Assembly (NCBI GenBank): GCA_016712275.1
Contig: JADJRI010000009.1
Span: 113,772 to 177,771, forward strand
Source: Planctomycetota bacterium
GTDB taxonomy: Bacteria > Planctomycetota > Phycisphaerae > UBA1845 > UTPLA1
Direction of reading: 5' to 3'
Length of the DNA stretch: 64,000 nucleotides
Part shown: one piece after another, positions 10,279 through 20,561 of the stretch
How the letters are laid out: each line of letters starts with the position of its first letter
Numbering within the stretch: position 1 is the stretch's first letter
Made by a program: the position numbers and the translations under genes
Notes under the pieces: generated by a model
The model's database searches: none
What the model saw: only the letters and a program-made list of their open reading frames with translations
Told to the model about the DNA's origin: nothing

Positions 10279-10889
10279 GGTATTGGCTCCTTAGCGGGGT
10301 TTGATCAGTTTCCTGATTCTCATTTAGATTAAGTGATTCATCCACTTCGCGCGGATCCTCCCTGGAATCTGTGACGTCGCCTTCGAGCGCCGGCGCTCCC
10401 GGGCGATCGTAGATCCAGATGATGTGGATCGACGGATTCCTGGTCTCCATTCTGACGGCCATCTGGTTGTTGCCAACCTCAACGGTCGGTTCAACAGGCT
10501 CCGGTCTGACCGGGGCGACGGGGCCCGGCAGGGATGTCGCGCCGCCGGGATGAGCGGACGGCGCTTTGACAACCTGAATCGTGTGTCTGGGGGACCGGCT
10601 GGAAAACGCCGCAATCCCCGCGCCGACGGCGAGCAGAATCGCCGCGGCCGTCCGCCAGGAGCGAGCAGGGTAAGTCTCCTCAATCGGCGCCCGCCGTTTT
10701 TACGGCGATGCGATTCGAAAGCTCCGCAAGTTCTGTGATACGACCGGCCAGCGCGCCATGCGATTGAAAGACGTCGCGACAGGCCGGGCAGGCTGCCAGA
10801 TGCTTTTCCAGCGCCGCGGCATCGGCGGAATCCAATTCATCGTCCAGCCAGGCATCGAGCTGGTTCCGATACTGCTCGCAAGGCGTCAT
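10196..10889 (-). CDS. Anti-sigma factor (zf-HC2 N-domain + TM + periplasmic domain), frame broken near 10678
   Basis: A 69-aa ORF carries the zinc-finger motif HLAACPACR and overlaps the sigma gene by ATGA. Just after its stop, a different frame stays open (EETYPARSW RTAAAILLAVGAGIAAFSS ... MAVRMETRNPSIHIIW...), supplying the expected TM helix and a C-terminal domain down to 10196. Confidence 0.55.
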
Positions 10890-11443
10890 TTTCGGCCTCC
10901 CATCGGGCGCCCGTCGCGCGGGCAGGCGGCGATCAGGGATCTTCGCGCCTGATGAACGTGGCCTCTCACGGCGGATTCGCTCAATTCCATGATGCCGGCG
11001 ATGTCAGCGTAGTCCATCTGTTGTTCCATCCGAAGCACGATCGCGATCCGCTGTTGATCCGGAAGTGACGAAATCGCGGTACGAACGCGCTCCAATTCCT
11101 CGATTCGCTCCATTCGGCCTTCGGGGGATTCCCCGGTCGTGGGCTCGATCCAGCCGCCGAGTGGTTCGGGCTTCGATCGGCGTCGGAGATTCAAGGAGAG
11201 GTTGCCGACCGTACGAAACGCCCATGGACCGAAACGCTTGTCGCGGGGGGGGATTTGTTTCGCGATGGCCAGTTGAAGCGCTTCCTGCACGAGTTCCTCC
11301 GCGTCGTCGCGGTTCCAGATCAGCTTCACGGCGTATCGGACCAGCCGTCGCCTCAGGTCTTCGATCGCGGCGCGTTCCGAGAGGCCGGGCAGAAGCACAG
11401 GCCGCTCTCGGGCGTCGGACGTCGGCTTGAGTGCGTAGGTCAT
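10886..11443 (-). CDS. ECF (sigma-70 family) RNA polymerase sigma factor
   Basis: Sigma-70 region 2 (ELVQEALQLAIAK..FGPWAFRTVGN) and region 4 (LPDQQRIAIVLRMEQQMDYADIAGIMELSESAVRGHVHQARRSL) are both present. Confidence 0.8.
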   Translation of the reverse strand: MTYALKPTSDARERPVLLPGLSERAAIEDLRRRLVRYAVKLIWNRDDAEELVQEALQLAIAKQIPPRDKRFGPWAFRTVGNLSLNLRRRSKPEPLGGWIEPTTGESPEGRMERIEELERVRTAISSLPDQQRIAIVLRMEQQMDYADIAGIMELSESAVRGHVHQARRSLIAACPRDGRPMGGRK

Positions 11444-11817
11444 TTCGCTCGGGTTTCCGGGTTACGTTCGCCCTTCACACACAATCTGTCTCAGAGCGAC
11501 ATTCTGTTTGATTCTACAACCACAATTTTTTCGGTCGCGTTTTCTTTGACCGGCCGGGGCCGTCGGCGCGCCGGCGAAGGCAATCGTCCTCCGCCCCCGC
11601 AACCCTCCGTCATTCGCTTCCAAGCCAAGCACGCTTCACGGAGAGCCGATAGCGGAGCAGTGCCGGCCGTGCGCTCGCCCATGGCCGGCTCGAACTGGAA
11701 TTGCTTCGCCCGGCGTCGGATCGAACGCCGGTGCGGAGCATTCAGGCAGGGGGGACATCATGTCGGACGAGCCGATCCCACTTTATGACGGCGAACCCAC
11801 TGGGGCGGTGATCCGTC

Positions 11818-12288
11818 ATGTATCTTCGACGCTCAAGGGAAATGCTCCCGCCGCGGGGCGCGGTTCAGATCCGCCGCAAAGCCGCGCGGCATGATTGCGA
11901 TCGGATCATGGTCTGCTTCACGCCACAGGACCCGACGCGCTGTGCCGAAAACGTCAATTGTCCGGTGGTGAATCTCTCCAATGGCGGCATCGCGGCTGAG
12001 TACGATCGAAAAATGCTCTCTGGCGTTTCCTGCTTCATCACCTATCGCACGGTAAGCCAGCAGGCAGTACACATCAGCGGCGTGGTGCGACATTGCCGCG
12101 ACATCGGCGGCAGTCACTATCAGCTTGGCATCAAGTTTACGCGGAATCTCAGGTTCGAAGAGTTCAGGCCCGCGAAGTTCCGACCGGGTCGGGATGTCGC
12201 GCCGGGCCTGCATGCGCGCAATCTGAAGCCTCGCACCGACCAGGTCGAGCAGCCGGAACCCTCCGATGAGGACGCGGCGGGTAAATGA
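11818..12288 (+). CDS. PilZ domain protein (putative c-di-GMP receptor)
   Basis: The RxxxR motif (QIRRKAARH) and D/NxSxGG motif (VVNLSNGGIAAEYDRK) are spaced as in PilZ domains. Confidence 0.6.
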   Translation: MYLRRSREMLPPRGAVQIRRKAARHDCDRIMVCFTPQDPTRCAENVNCPVVNLSNGGIAAEYDRKMLSGVSCFITYRTVSQQAVHISGVVRHCRDIGGSHYQLGIKFTRNLRFEEFRPAKFRPGRDVAPGLHARNLKPRTDQVEQPEPSDEDAAGK

Positions 12289-12442
12289 TCCGATTCGGTT
12301 TGCGGCGGCTCGAATTCGTTGCGGTTACGTATTAGAACAGTTGTGGTTCTGATGACCGGATTGCCGGCGTTCCGATTGACGATCCTGAGGGTTTCGAGGA
12401 CATTGTCCGCTCGTCGCGCGTCCCTGTGAGGATAAGGGCTGA

Positions 12443-13417
12443 GTGAGAAAAATCGTCGCCGCCGTCAAACTGATGCGTCCCGCGCAATGGGTGAAGAACG
12501 TCTTCGTTCTGGCGGCCCTGGTTTTCGGCGTGCGGATCGACAAGCCCGAATCCCTTGAGGCCATTCTCGTCGCGCTTGCAGCGTTCGGCATTTTCTGCCT
12601 TCTTTCGGCTGCCGTGTACGCTCTCAACGATCTGCTCGACTACCGCGAGGATGCGGAACACCCGACCAAGAAATTCCGGCCCGTCGCCAGCGGCGAACTC
12701 TCACCCCAGTTTGCCGGCGTGCAGTCGGTGGTGCTGGCGGCCGTCGGTGTGACGGCGTCCCTCTATCTTCCGCAGGGATTCGCGCTGACGGCGATCGGCT
12801 ACCTGCTGCTCAATTTGTTCTACTCCCTGTGGGGCAAACATCAGGTTCTGCTGGATGTCATTCTGATTGCGATCGGCTTCGTCCTCCGGGCACTCGCCGG
12901 GGCGCAGGCGATTCAGGTGCAGGTTTCGGCGTGGCTGGTCGTCTGTACGTTTACGCTCTGCCTGTTTCTCGGATTCGGAAAGCGCCGCTGCGAGCTTGCG
13001 GTGCTGGAGAACGGCGAACGCGCCGCCAAGCATCGATCCACGTTGTCCTTCTATTCCCTCGAACTCCTCGCCCATTTGCTCGCGGTCACCGGCGCGATGG
13101 CGGTCATGACGTTTCTGCTCTATACGCTCGATCCAAACACGCCGGCCCCCCATACCCTTGTCTTCACGACGCCGTTCGTGTTCTTCGCCATCTTCCGATA
13201 TGCCATGGTCATCAGCAGTGGGAAGATGACCGGCCCCAGCGACGTCCTCATACATGACCGTCCGTTCCTCGTTACGGCGATTCTCTGGACCCTCATGACG
13301 GTCAGCCTGATCGTTTTTCAGGGCCGCGGGATCGAGAATTATCTGCCCAAGCTCCGGTACCCCGGTACGCCTCCCGCCGAAAAACCGGCCGCTCCGGAAA
13401 TCAACTTCCCTTCCTAA
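12443..13417 (+). CDS. UbiA-family prenyltransferase, decaprenyl-phosphate phosphoribosyltransferase-like
   Basis: A membrane protein with about 8-9 TM segments. The motif YALNDLLDYREDAEHPTKKFRPVASGELS closely matches the DPPR-synthase-type UbiA signature. Confidence 0.75.
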   Translation: MRKIVAAVKLMRPAQWVKNVFVLAALVFGVRIDKPESLEAILVALAAFGIFCLLSAAVYALNDLLDYREDAEHPTKKFRPVASGELSPQFAGVQSVVLAAVGVTASLYLPQGFALTAIGYLLLNLFYSLWGKHQVLLDVILIAIGFVLRALAGAQAIQVQVSAWLVVCTFTLCLFLGFGKRRCELAVLENGERAAKHRSTLSFYSLELLAHLLAVTGAMAVMTFLLYTLDPNTPAPHTLVFTTPFVFFAIFRYAMVISSGKMTGPSDVLIHDRPFLVTAILWTLMTVSLIVFQGRGIENYLPKLRYPGTPPAEKPAAPEINFPS

Positions 13418-13529
13418 CTCCTCTCGCCACCACGCTTAACGCCCGTTCGCCCTTGTTCTTGGGGATTCCTCGAACTCGCGGAGCCATTCTCGCGATAAGT
13501 TTGACAGGAGCCCGGCCAGTCGGGCGTCT

Positions 13530-14120
13530 ATGAGAGGTGTGAACGCAGTCATGGTCGTCAGTCAGGAGACAAGCGATTGCGATTTGATCGCGGCCGCCCA
13601 GCGCGGTGACCGAAATGCCTTGGATGCCTTCGTTCGCCGGCATGAAGGCTGGGTGCGCCACGTCGTTTACGCAACGCTGGGCCGGCCGATGATGGTGGAC
13701 GACGTCGCGCAGCACGTCTGGTCCACGTTGTGTCAGCAACTCGGCACACTGGTTGAGATCGATCGCTGGCGCCCCTGGCTGTTCCGGATGGCGCGCAACG
13801 CCGCGATTGACGCGGGGCTCAAGGGCGCCCGCGAGCGCAAGCGGCGATCGGGAATGGTGGAGGACGATCCGCCGTCCAGCCGACCGGATGACCCCGTGCG
13901 TTCCCTGATTGGAAATGAGGAATACCGGCGGGTTTTGGATGCGATTCACGGCCTGCCGGAGATATACAGGGAGCCGTTTGTGCTCCGCCATCTGGAGGAC
14001 TGGAGCTACGCACAGATTGCCGAAGCGATGGGCCTCCCGGTGGATACGGTTGAGACGAGGCTGGTCCGGGCGCGGAGGCTCCTGAGGTCCGCGCTGTCGG
14101 ACGCACAGAACACAGTTTGA
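13530..14120 (+). CDS. ECF sigma factor
   Basis: Sigma-70 region 2 (WRPWLFRMARNAAID) and region 4 (LPEIYREPFVLRHLEDWSYAQIAEAMGLPVDTVETRLVRARRLL) are present. The start may be the Met at 13551. Confidence 0.8.
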   Translation: MRGVNAVMVVSQETSDCDLIAAAQRGDRNALDAFVRRHEGWVRHVVYATLGRPMMVDDVAQHVWSTLCQQLGTLVEIDRWRPWLFRMARNAAIDAGLKGARERKRRSGMVEDDPPSSRPDDPVRSLIGNEEYRRVLDAIHGLPEIYREPFVLRHLEDWSYAQIAEAMGLPVDTVETRLVRARRLLRSALSDAQNTV

Positions 14121-14132
14121 TCGGTGACGACG

Positions 14133-14724
14133 ATGTACGAAGCTGAAGACAACATCCCATACGACGTGAGCGAAGAGGCTGAGCGGCTGATCTGCCGCAG
14201 CCTCGATGGTGAGATCACCGTCGCACAGCGAGCGCGTCTGGACCAGATCCTCGCTGAAAGTCCCGAGGCGATGGCGCTTGCTCAGCGAATATGAAAAGAC
14301 CGATGCCCTCGCGGTGTCTGCCATGCGGCGCGAGCTGGCGGCACAATCGATCCATCGTCAGCAGTTGGCGTTGCAGGCGGCCGTCATCCCGTTCAGCCGG
14401 AAGATCAGGCCGTGGCTGGTGGGGACTGCCGGAGCGATTCTGACGGCTGCCGCGGTCGTTGCAATCTCGTTCATCAACACGCCGTCGCCCAAGGAGCGGC
14501 CCATTGCGGCTGAAAACGAATCGCCGGGGCGGCAGACGGTTGAAATTCCGAAGGTGGCGACGGATCTGGTGGATTACCGCGATGTGGATCATCAGCCGCG
14601 GGAAAAGTGGGGAAATGTCTATCGAGACTTGATCGGGATTCGAGGTACGAACCCGAACGTGATTTACGTGATCGAGCGACAGACCGAGTCAACGAAGCGT
14701 GTTCCGGTGTCGAGCGATTTCTAG
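14133..14724 (+). CDS. Anti-sigma factor, frame broken near 14270
   Basis: A frame starting at the ATG at 14133 gives MYEAEDNIPYDVSEEAERLICRSLDGEITVAQRARLDQILAESPEAMAL.., which is a typical anti-sigma N-terminus. It hits a stop at QRI* while the listed 14206 frame continues with LSEYEKTDALAVSAMRRELAA...PWLVGTAGAILTAAAVVAISF (TM helix) and a periplasmic domain. Confidence 0.55.
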
Positions 14725-14799
14725 GAAGAAAGTATGAGGAGCGATCGTCGGCCGGTCCCATCCCGCGATCGCGGTGAATCTCAAAAAAGGAGTTATGAC

Positions 14800-16140
14800 A
14801 TGAACCCCAGGCATTTTGTTGCAACGTTTTTGACTTCGGTGGCGGTGGGATTGGCCGGTGTGACTGCTGCACCGGTGGGGGATGATACCGGCGGGCAGAA
14901 CGGCGCAGACAGCCCCGGTTCCAATCGGACGATCGTGAAACTTGCGCCGGGGCAGGCCGTCAACGGGCAGCCCCGCGTGGTGGTGCTCAACAAGGGTGGC
15001 GCGAATGGCGCTCCCACCGCGAAGAATATTGAAGCCGGAGGACCGTGGCTTGGCGTGCAGTTTGGCCCGGTTCCCAAGCCGCTCGCGTCGCATCTGAAAC
15101 TGGAGAACGGCGCCGGCCAGATGGTTCTCAATGTTGCGACAGGCTCGCCCGCGGATGTGGCGGGGCTTCAGCAATACGACGTCATCACCAACATCGACGG
15201 TAACGCGGTGTCGGGTGAAATGGGCGAATTTCTCGACATGGTCCGCAGCTTTGCGCCGAACGAGACGCATCAATTCGGCCTTATTCGCGGCGGCTCGCCG
15301 ATGAACAATCGCGTGGTGGTCGGAACGCGGCCGGAGGATGCGGCGTCGATCAAGTACAAATATGAAGTTGAGGAGGAGCCGCTCGCCGGCGGTCAGATGT
15401 TCCAGCGCGGCGGCATGTTCGAGAAGGACCCGCAGGGCAACTGGCAGTTCAAGGACCTGGGTCAGATTGATGATATGAAGGACCTCTTCAGCCAGATGCC
15501 GAACATGGGCCCCGGCAATCTCCAGTATTTCTGGCAAAACGCGGCGCCGGATCACATGAACCAGATGCAGATCCATGTCGATCAGGGCAATGAGGTGCGG
15601 ATTGAAAAGGATGACAACGGCAAGATCACGGTGACGCGCGTCGAAAAGAACGGCGCGGACAACAGCACCAAGGTTGAGACTTTCGATGATGAGGCCGCCT
15701 TTGAGGCCGGCGACCCTGACGCCTTCAAGATGTACAAGGAAGGCATGGGCGGCGACGGCTTCTTCAATTTCCGAATGAACCGTGCATTCCCGGGAATGGG
15801 AAACATGGGACCTGACATGTCGACCTTCAAGTTCGATTTCAACGACAAGGACATGCAGGCGACCATCGAGAAGTTTCAGAAGCAGGTCGAAGAAATGCAG
15901 AAGAACGCCCAGGACCTTCGGATTCAGCTTCGAGCGGCTCCGGGCGCGGCCGGCGCACCGGCGGCCTCCGCGACGGTCGTGCGTAAGGCGACCACGAGCT
16001 TCGAAGTTCAGGACGACGGCTCGGTTCGCGTGACGACCCGCGTCGATGGCACGGAACTCGTCGAGAAGTTCAGCAGCGTCGATCAGATGAAGAACGATCG
16101 CCCCGACCTGTTTGAGCGATACCAGGCGGTGCGCAACTGA
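14800..16140 (+). CDS. Secreted PDZ-domain protein with M/Q/N-rich low-complexity C-terminal half
   Basis: Begins at the internal Met (MNPRHFVATFLTSVAVGLAGVTAAP), which is a signal peptide. The PDZ core is GPWLGVQFGPVPKPLASHLKLENGAGQMVLNVATGSPADVAGLQQYDVITNIDGNAV. The gene is co-directional with the sigma/anti-sigma pair upstream. Confidence 0.65.
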   Translation: MNPRHFVATFLTSVAVGLAGVTAAPVGDDTGGQNGADSPGSNRTIVKLAPGQAVNGQPRVVVLNKGGANGAPTAKNIEAGGPWLGVQFGPVPKPLASHLKLENGAGQMVLNVATGSPADVAGLQQYDVITNIDGNAVSGEMGEFLDMVRSFAPNETHQFGLIRGGSPMNNRVVVGTRPEDAASIKYKYEVEEEPLAGGQMFQRGGMFEKDPQGNWQFKDLGQIDDMKDLFSQMPNMGPGNLQYFWQNAAPDHMNQMQIHVDQGNEVRIEKDDNGKITVTRVEKNGADNSTKVETFDDEAAFEAGDPDAFKMYKEGMGGDGFFNFRMNRAFPGMGNMGPDMSTFKFDFNDKDMQATIEKFQKQVEEMQKNAQDLRIQLRAAPGAAGAPAASATVVRKATTSFEVQDDGSVRVTTRVDGTELVEKFSSVDQMKNDRPDLFERYQAVRN

Positions 16141-16270
16141 CTCGCGGCGCCATTAAGGCGGGCGAACAATATGCAACGCGGCCCGCGATGAGGTGAACCG
16201 GCCGCGAGCGACAAACCCCACTCCACCTAACCCACGTTCGATTGAACGCTCCATGCAATCGATCGAGCCG

Positions 16271-16311
16271 AAAACGCCCCGCACGCCGCCCGGCATGCGG
16301 GGCGTTTTTCG
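16271..16311. terminator. Bidirectional intrinsic terminator
   Basis: AAAA is followed by the hairpin acgccccgca..ccgcccgg..tgcggggcgt and then TTTTT. It sits between convergent genes (the PDZ gene and pncA). Confidence 0.6.
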
Positions 16312-16339
16312 TTTGCGGGGCGCTGATTCCGCCCACTTG

Positions 16340-17038
16340 TCATTGATTAACGATGGATTTCATGATCTGCTCGCTGGTTTCCACCTGTGCGCCGTTTGAC
16401 TGCATCGTTGAGATCGCGCGATCGACATCGCCTTCCCGCAAATCGACGCCCCGGCATCCATCGATGACGAGCCTGACGTTGTATCCCAGCGAGAGTGCGT
16501 CCAGCACAGTAAACTTGACGCAGTAGTCCGTCGCCAGTCCGAGGACTGTCAAAACCTTGACACCTCGCGATTTCAATTCCCTGTCGAGACCCGTTTCCTG
16601 CGCCCGGGCGTTGTCGAAGAACCCGCTGTAGCTGTCGATTCGAGGGTTCATTCCTTTGTGAATGACCTTCGTGATTGGGGTCGCATCCAGTGCTTGATGG
16701 AGTTCAGCGCCGCGCGTATTTTGAACGCAGTGAAGGGGCCAGAGAATTTGCTCTCGCCCGTCGAGAGTGATCATTTCTCCGATCTCATGGCCTGGGTGAT
16801 TCGCGGCAAAGCTCGCATGATCCGCCGGGTGCCAGTCCTGCGTCGCGACAATCACATCGAATGCGCTCATTAACCTGTTGGCGACCGATACAACTGAATC
16901 ACCATCCCGCACCGCCAGTGCGCCGCCCGGCATGAAATCGTATTGAAGATCGACGAGAATCAGGGCATCCATATCAATTTGCTCACACCTCGAAATTGAA
17001 ACCGGCCTTGACCAGCTGCCGGTATCGCTGGCGATCAA
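16340..17038 (-). CDS. pncA: Nicotinamidase/pyrazinamidase (isochorismatase family)
   Basis: The motifs [31 protein letters not shown] and [24 protein letters not shown] are present, including the catalytic Cys. The probable start is the Met at 16975. Confidence 0.8.
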   Translation of the reverse strand: MIASDTGSWSRPVSISRCEQIDMDALILVDLQYDFMPGGALAVRDGDSVVSVANRLMSAFDVIVATQDWHPADHASFAANHPGHEIGEMITLDGREQILWPLHCVQNTRGAELHQALDATPITKVIHKGMNPRIDSYSGFFDNARAQETGLDRELKSRGVKVLTVLGLATDYCVKFTVLDALSLGYNVRLVIDGCRGVDLREGDVDRAISTMQSNGAQVETSEQIMKSIVNQ

Positions 17039-17681
17039 ATCGATACAGTCGCGCGGCGCGGTGCGCGACCTGCTGCTGTGTTTCCGGCAACTCCGTCAGC
17101 AGGCTCATCGCCAGGATTTTTCGGCGAAAATTCCGCTTGTCGATGGGCTGCCCTAAGATTGTCTCATAGAGCGACTGAAGCTGGGTCAGCGTGAACTTCG
17201 CCGGCAGAAGTTCGAAACCGATCGGTTGATACCGTACCTTGGCCCGCAATCGGTCCAGTGCAGTCTTTAAGACTGTGTCGTGATCGAAGGCCAGCTTCGT
17301 GGCCTGTTTGACGTCGACCCATTCGGCATCCCGTGCGTCGTCCGCCGCAACGGGCTTGTGGTCGGACAGCTTGACCAGTGCGTAATAGGCCACTGAAATG
17401 ACACGGCCGCGCGGGTCGCGGTGCGGATCACCAAAGGTATAGAGCTGTTCTAGAAAGAGATCGCCGACGCCGGTCTCTTCCTTCAACTCGCGGAGCGCTG
17501 CGGATTCGAGCGGTTCATCCATGTCGACGAAACCGCCGGGCAACGCCCAGCGGCCTGCGAATGGATCGCGGTCGCGACGGATCAGCAGCACTTTCAACAG
17601 ATCGTCGTCCAGGCCGAAGACGACGCAGTCCACCACCACGCTCGGCCGGGGATATTCATAGCAATACTTGTTTTTTTTCAT
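16983..17681 (-). CDS. nrtR: Nudix-related transcriptional regulator NrtR (Nudix hydrolase + C-terminal winged-helix domain)
   Basis: The Nudix box is [24 protein letters not shown]. The C-terminal domain ([52 protein letters not shown]) is the NrtR DNA-binding domain. The gene lies between pncA and pncB. Confidence 0.7.
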   Translation of the reverse strand: MKKNKYCYEYPRPSVVVDCVVFGLDDDLLKVLLIRRDRDPFAGRWALPGGFVDMDEPLESAALRELKEETGVGDLFLEQLYTFGDPHRDPRGRVISVAYYALVKLSDHKPVAADDARDAEWVDVKQATKLAFDHDTVLKTALDRLRAKVRYQPIGFELLPAKFTLTQLQSLYETILGQPIDKRNFRRKILAMSLLTELPETQQQVAHRAARLYRFDRQRYRQLVKAGFNFEV

Positions 17682-19193
17682 GTCGCCGTCTTCTGATTTC
17701 GGGCCTCAAGGATGAGGCGGGTTTGAGTTCGTGAAGGCTCATTTCCAGACCGACGGGGTATTCATGCGGATAGGTGAAACGGCGGATGCCGGGATGAAGG
17801 GCGGCCAGTTGCTCATGCGTCCGACTGCGTGAGCTCTCCAAACTGGGTGTGACATGAATTTTCTTGCCGCCGCGGAAGATCGGCTCCAGGAGGTCGGTGC
17901 TCTCGGTCCTTGGCGACATGTGTTTTCGTCGCGTCGGATCGAGCGGGTCGACGATTGTGCAGCCTGTGGAGAGGTCCGCATTGATGTCATAGACCGCGTC
18001 GCCGGTGAAATGTCCGTCGGATCGGTAGCGCCGCACCTGGAGAATTCCGGGCGTCGAAATCTTCAGCGTCTGCTCGCTGAGCTTGAGCGTATAGCGCCAC
18101 TTTTCGCCCGGTTTACGAATCGCGGTCATTTTATAGACGCCGCCCAGTGCGGATTGATCGTGGCCGGTCACCAGCTTCGTGCCGACGCCCCAGACGGCGA
18201 TCGTGGCGCCCTGGTCCTTTAAGCTTTCGATGATGCGCTCGTCGAGATCGTTGCTGGCGACGATGGCGGTTTTCTCAAAGCCCGCGGCGTCGAGAATCTT
18301 CCGGGCTTCGATGCTGAGATACGCCAGGTCACCGGAATCGAGGCGAATTCCCGCCATCTCGTGGCCGCGCTCGCGAAGGTGTCTGCCGATCTGGACGGCA
18401 TGGCGAACGCCCTCGAGCGTGTCGTAGGTGTCGACGAGGAAGACGCAGTTGTTGGGCATGGCGTCGGCGTAGGCTTCGAAGGCTTCCAATTCGGTATCAA
18501 AGCTCATGACCCAGCTGTGGGCATGGGTTCCGCGGACGGGAATGCCGAAGAGTTTGCCTGCGAGGACGTTCGACGTTCCCGCACAGCCGCCGATATAGGC
18601 TGCGCGGCTCGCGGCCAGCGCGCCGTCGATGCCATGGGCGCGACGCAGGCCGAATTCGAGGACGGGTTCGCCCTTTGCAGCCATGCAGACGCGCCCGCCT
18701 TGGTGGCGATCAGCGTCTGGAAGTTAATGATGTTGAGAATCGGCGTCTCAAGTATTTGCCCCTCGATGACCGGGCCGCGGACGCGCACGAGCGGTTCGTG
18801 GGGAAAGACGACCGTCCCTTCGGGAATGGCGTCGATGTCGCATGTCATGCGAAGTTCGCTGAGGCAGTTCAAGAATCCCTCTTCGAAGAGCGGTTTGTCG
18901 TCGTTTCCGCGAAGGGTGGCGAGGTAGTCGAGGTCCTGGGTGCTGAACCGGAATTGCTCCAGGAAACCGACGAGATAGCCGAGCCCGCCGGCGACGGTGA
19001 AGCCGCCGCCGAACGGGTTTTTACGGAAGGTATGCGTGAAGACCGCCTCGCGATCGCTGACGCCGGATTTCCAGTAGCCGTAGGCCATCGTGAGTTGGTA
19101 CAGGTCCGTCAGCAATGCGAGCGGTTGCCTGTAGATGTCAGCGGGGGTTGTCATGCCAGCGTCTCCGGTTCGATCATAGTGTAGAAAATACAC
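17656..19193 (-). CDS. pncB: Nicotinate phosphoribosyltransferase, split by at least two frameshifts
   Basis: The N-terminal part is [31 protein letters not shown]... (18504..19193). The catalytic and C-terminal parts are in the 17656..18684 ORF (..[22 protein letters not shown]...[25 protein letters not shown]). The frame changes near 18690, and the tail reads through a T8/A8 homopolymer at 17677-17684. Confidence 0.8.
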
Positions 19194-19341
19194 TAAGTCG
19201 GGCAGCGCGGCAAGCTGGGTGGGGTGGGCATCGCATTCGCCGATTACGGCGTCGCAACGATTCGGCGATCGGCGGGTGCGTCCGCTTCCAATTGCCGGAT
19301 CACTTTGTCCGACCGCTTGACAATGCTATCATTCCTCGACC

Positions 19342-20381
19342 ATGCGTTACGAGAACGTTGTAATCGAATCCTTCGGCTACGAATTGCCGCCCAACGTCGT
19401 GACCTCGCGCGCGCTGGAGGATCGGCTCGCACCGGTTTACCAGCAGCTTCGCATTCAGCCGGGGCAGCTCGAAGCGTGGACGGGCGTACGCGAGCGGCGC
19501 TACTGGAACCGCGGGATGTCGATGGCGGAGGGGGCGTCGCGGGCGGGGCGGAAGGCATTGGAGGCCTCCCAGCTTAAGGCGGACGACATCGGAATGGTGA
19601 TTTACGCCGGCGTCTGCCGCGACATTCTTGAGCCGGCCATCGCCTGTGCCGTGGCCGACGCACTGGGGCTCGGGGGGCACGCCCAGATTTTCGACGTGTC
19701 GAACGCATGCCTCGGCGTGATGAACGGAATCATGCAGGTGGCGAATGCGATTGAGCTCGGCCAGATTCGTGCGGGGCTCGTGGTCTCATGCGAGAGTGCT
19801 CGCGAGATCGTCGATCTCACGATTGACGAAATGCTTCGGCTTCGCGACATGGAAACGCTTCGCCTCAAACTGGCGACGCTCACCGGCGGCAGCGGAGCGA
19901 TCGGCGTGATGGTCTGTCACCAGTCGCTTGCGCCGCAGGGCCATCGCCTGGTTGGCGGGGCACTTCGAAGTCGCGCGAAGCATCACGAGCTTTGCCGATG
20001 GTGGCCCGCCACGAGCGGACCTGATCCCTTGCCGACGCGCATGTTGACGGACGCCGCGAAAGTTCTGGAGCATGGCGTTGATCTGGGCCGCGAAACCTGG
20101 TTCCAGTTTTCTCGAAGGGACGGGATGGAACAGCGAATCGATTGATCGCACGATCTGCCATCAGGTGGGCGCCGCATCGCGAGACGGTGATGAAATTGAT
20201 CGGCGTGCCGCTTGAGCGGGATTTCGTGACGTATGAATTCCTCGGGAACATCGGCACCGTGAGCCTGCCGATCACCGCTGCGATTGCGGAAGAACGGGGG
20301 TTTCTTGAAAAGGGGCAGCGCGTCGCGTTCTGCGGCATCGGCAGCGGACTGAACTGCCTCATGATGGGCGTTGAATGGTGA
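19342..20381 (+). CDS. 3-oxoacyl-ACP synthase III (FabH/KAS III)-like enzyme, C-terminal part frameshifted
   Basis: The N-terminal and middle parts show KAS-III-like sequence (AGVCRDILEPAIACAVADALGL; FDVSNACLGVMNGIMQVANAIELGQI). The C-terminal signature ICHQVGAA/HRETVMKLIGVPLERDFVTYEFLGNIGTVSLPITAA...AFCGIGSGLNCLMMGVEW is spread over three frames around 20120-20190. Confidence 0.65.
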
Positions 20382-20561
20382 CGCCTTCCGAGTCACGGCG
20401 TGACTGCGTCATCGGCTGAACTGCGGTTTGTCGGGGATGTGGGGTTCTTCCTTCGAGTCGCGCCGGCAATTCCAGAACGGCATGTACCAAATAAATCGCC
20501 GCACGGGAGGAAGAGATTCCTGCCGTGCGGCGTTTATCGTTTCACCGCAATTTCCGGGTGA

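Noticed and set aside
10324-10683. A 119-aa ORF (MRRLTLLAPGGRPRR...) in the anti-sigma region
   Set aside because: It is Arg/Pro-rich and sits in the wrong frame. The biologically sensible reading (TM helix plus periplasmic domain of the anti-sigma factor) is in the adjacent frame.
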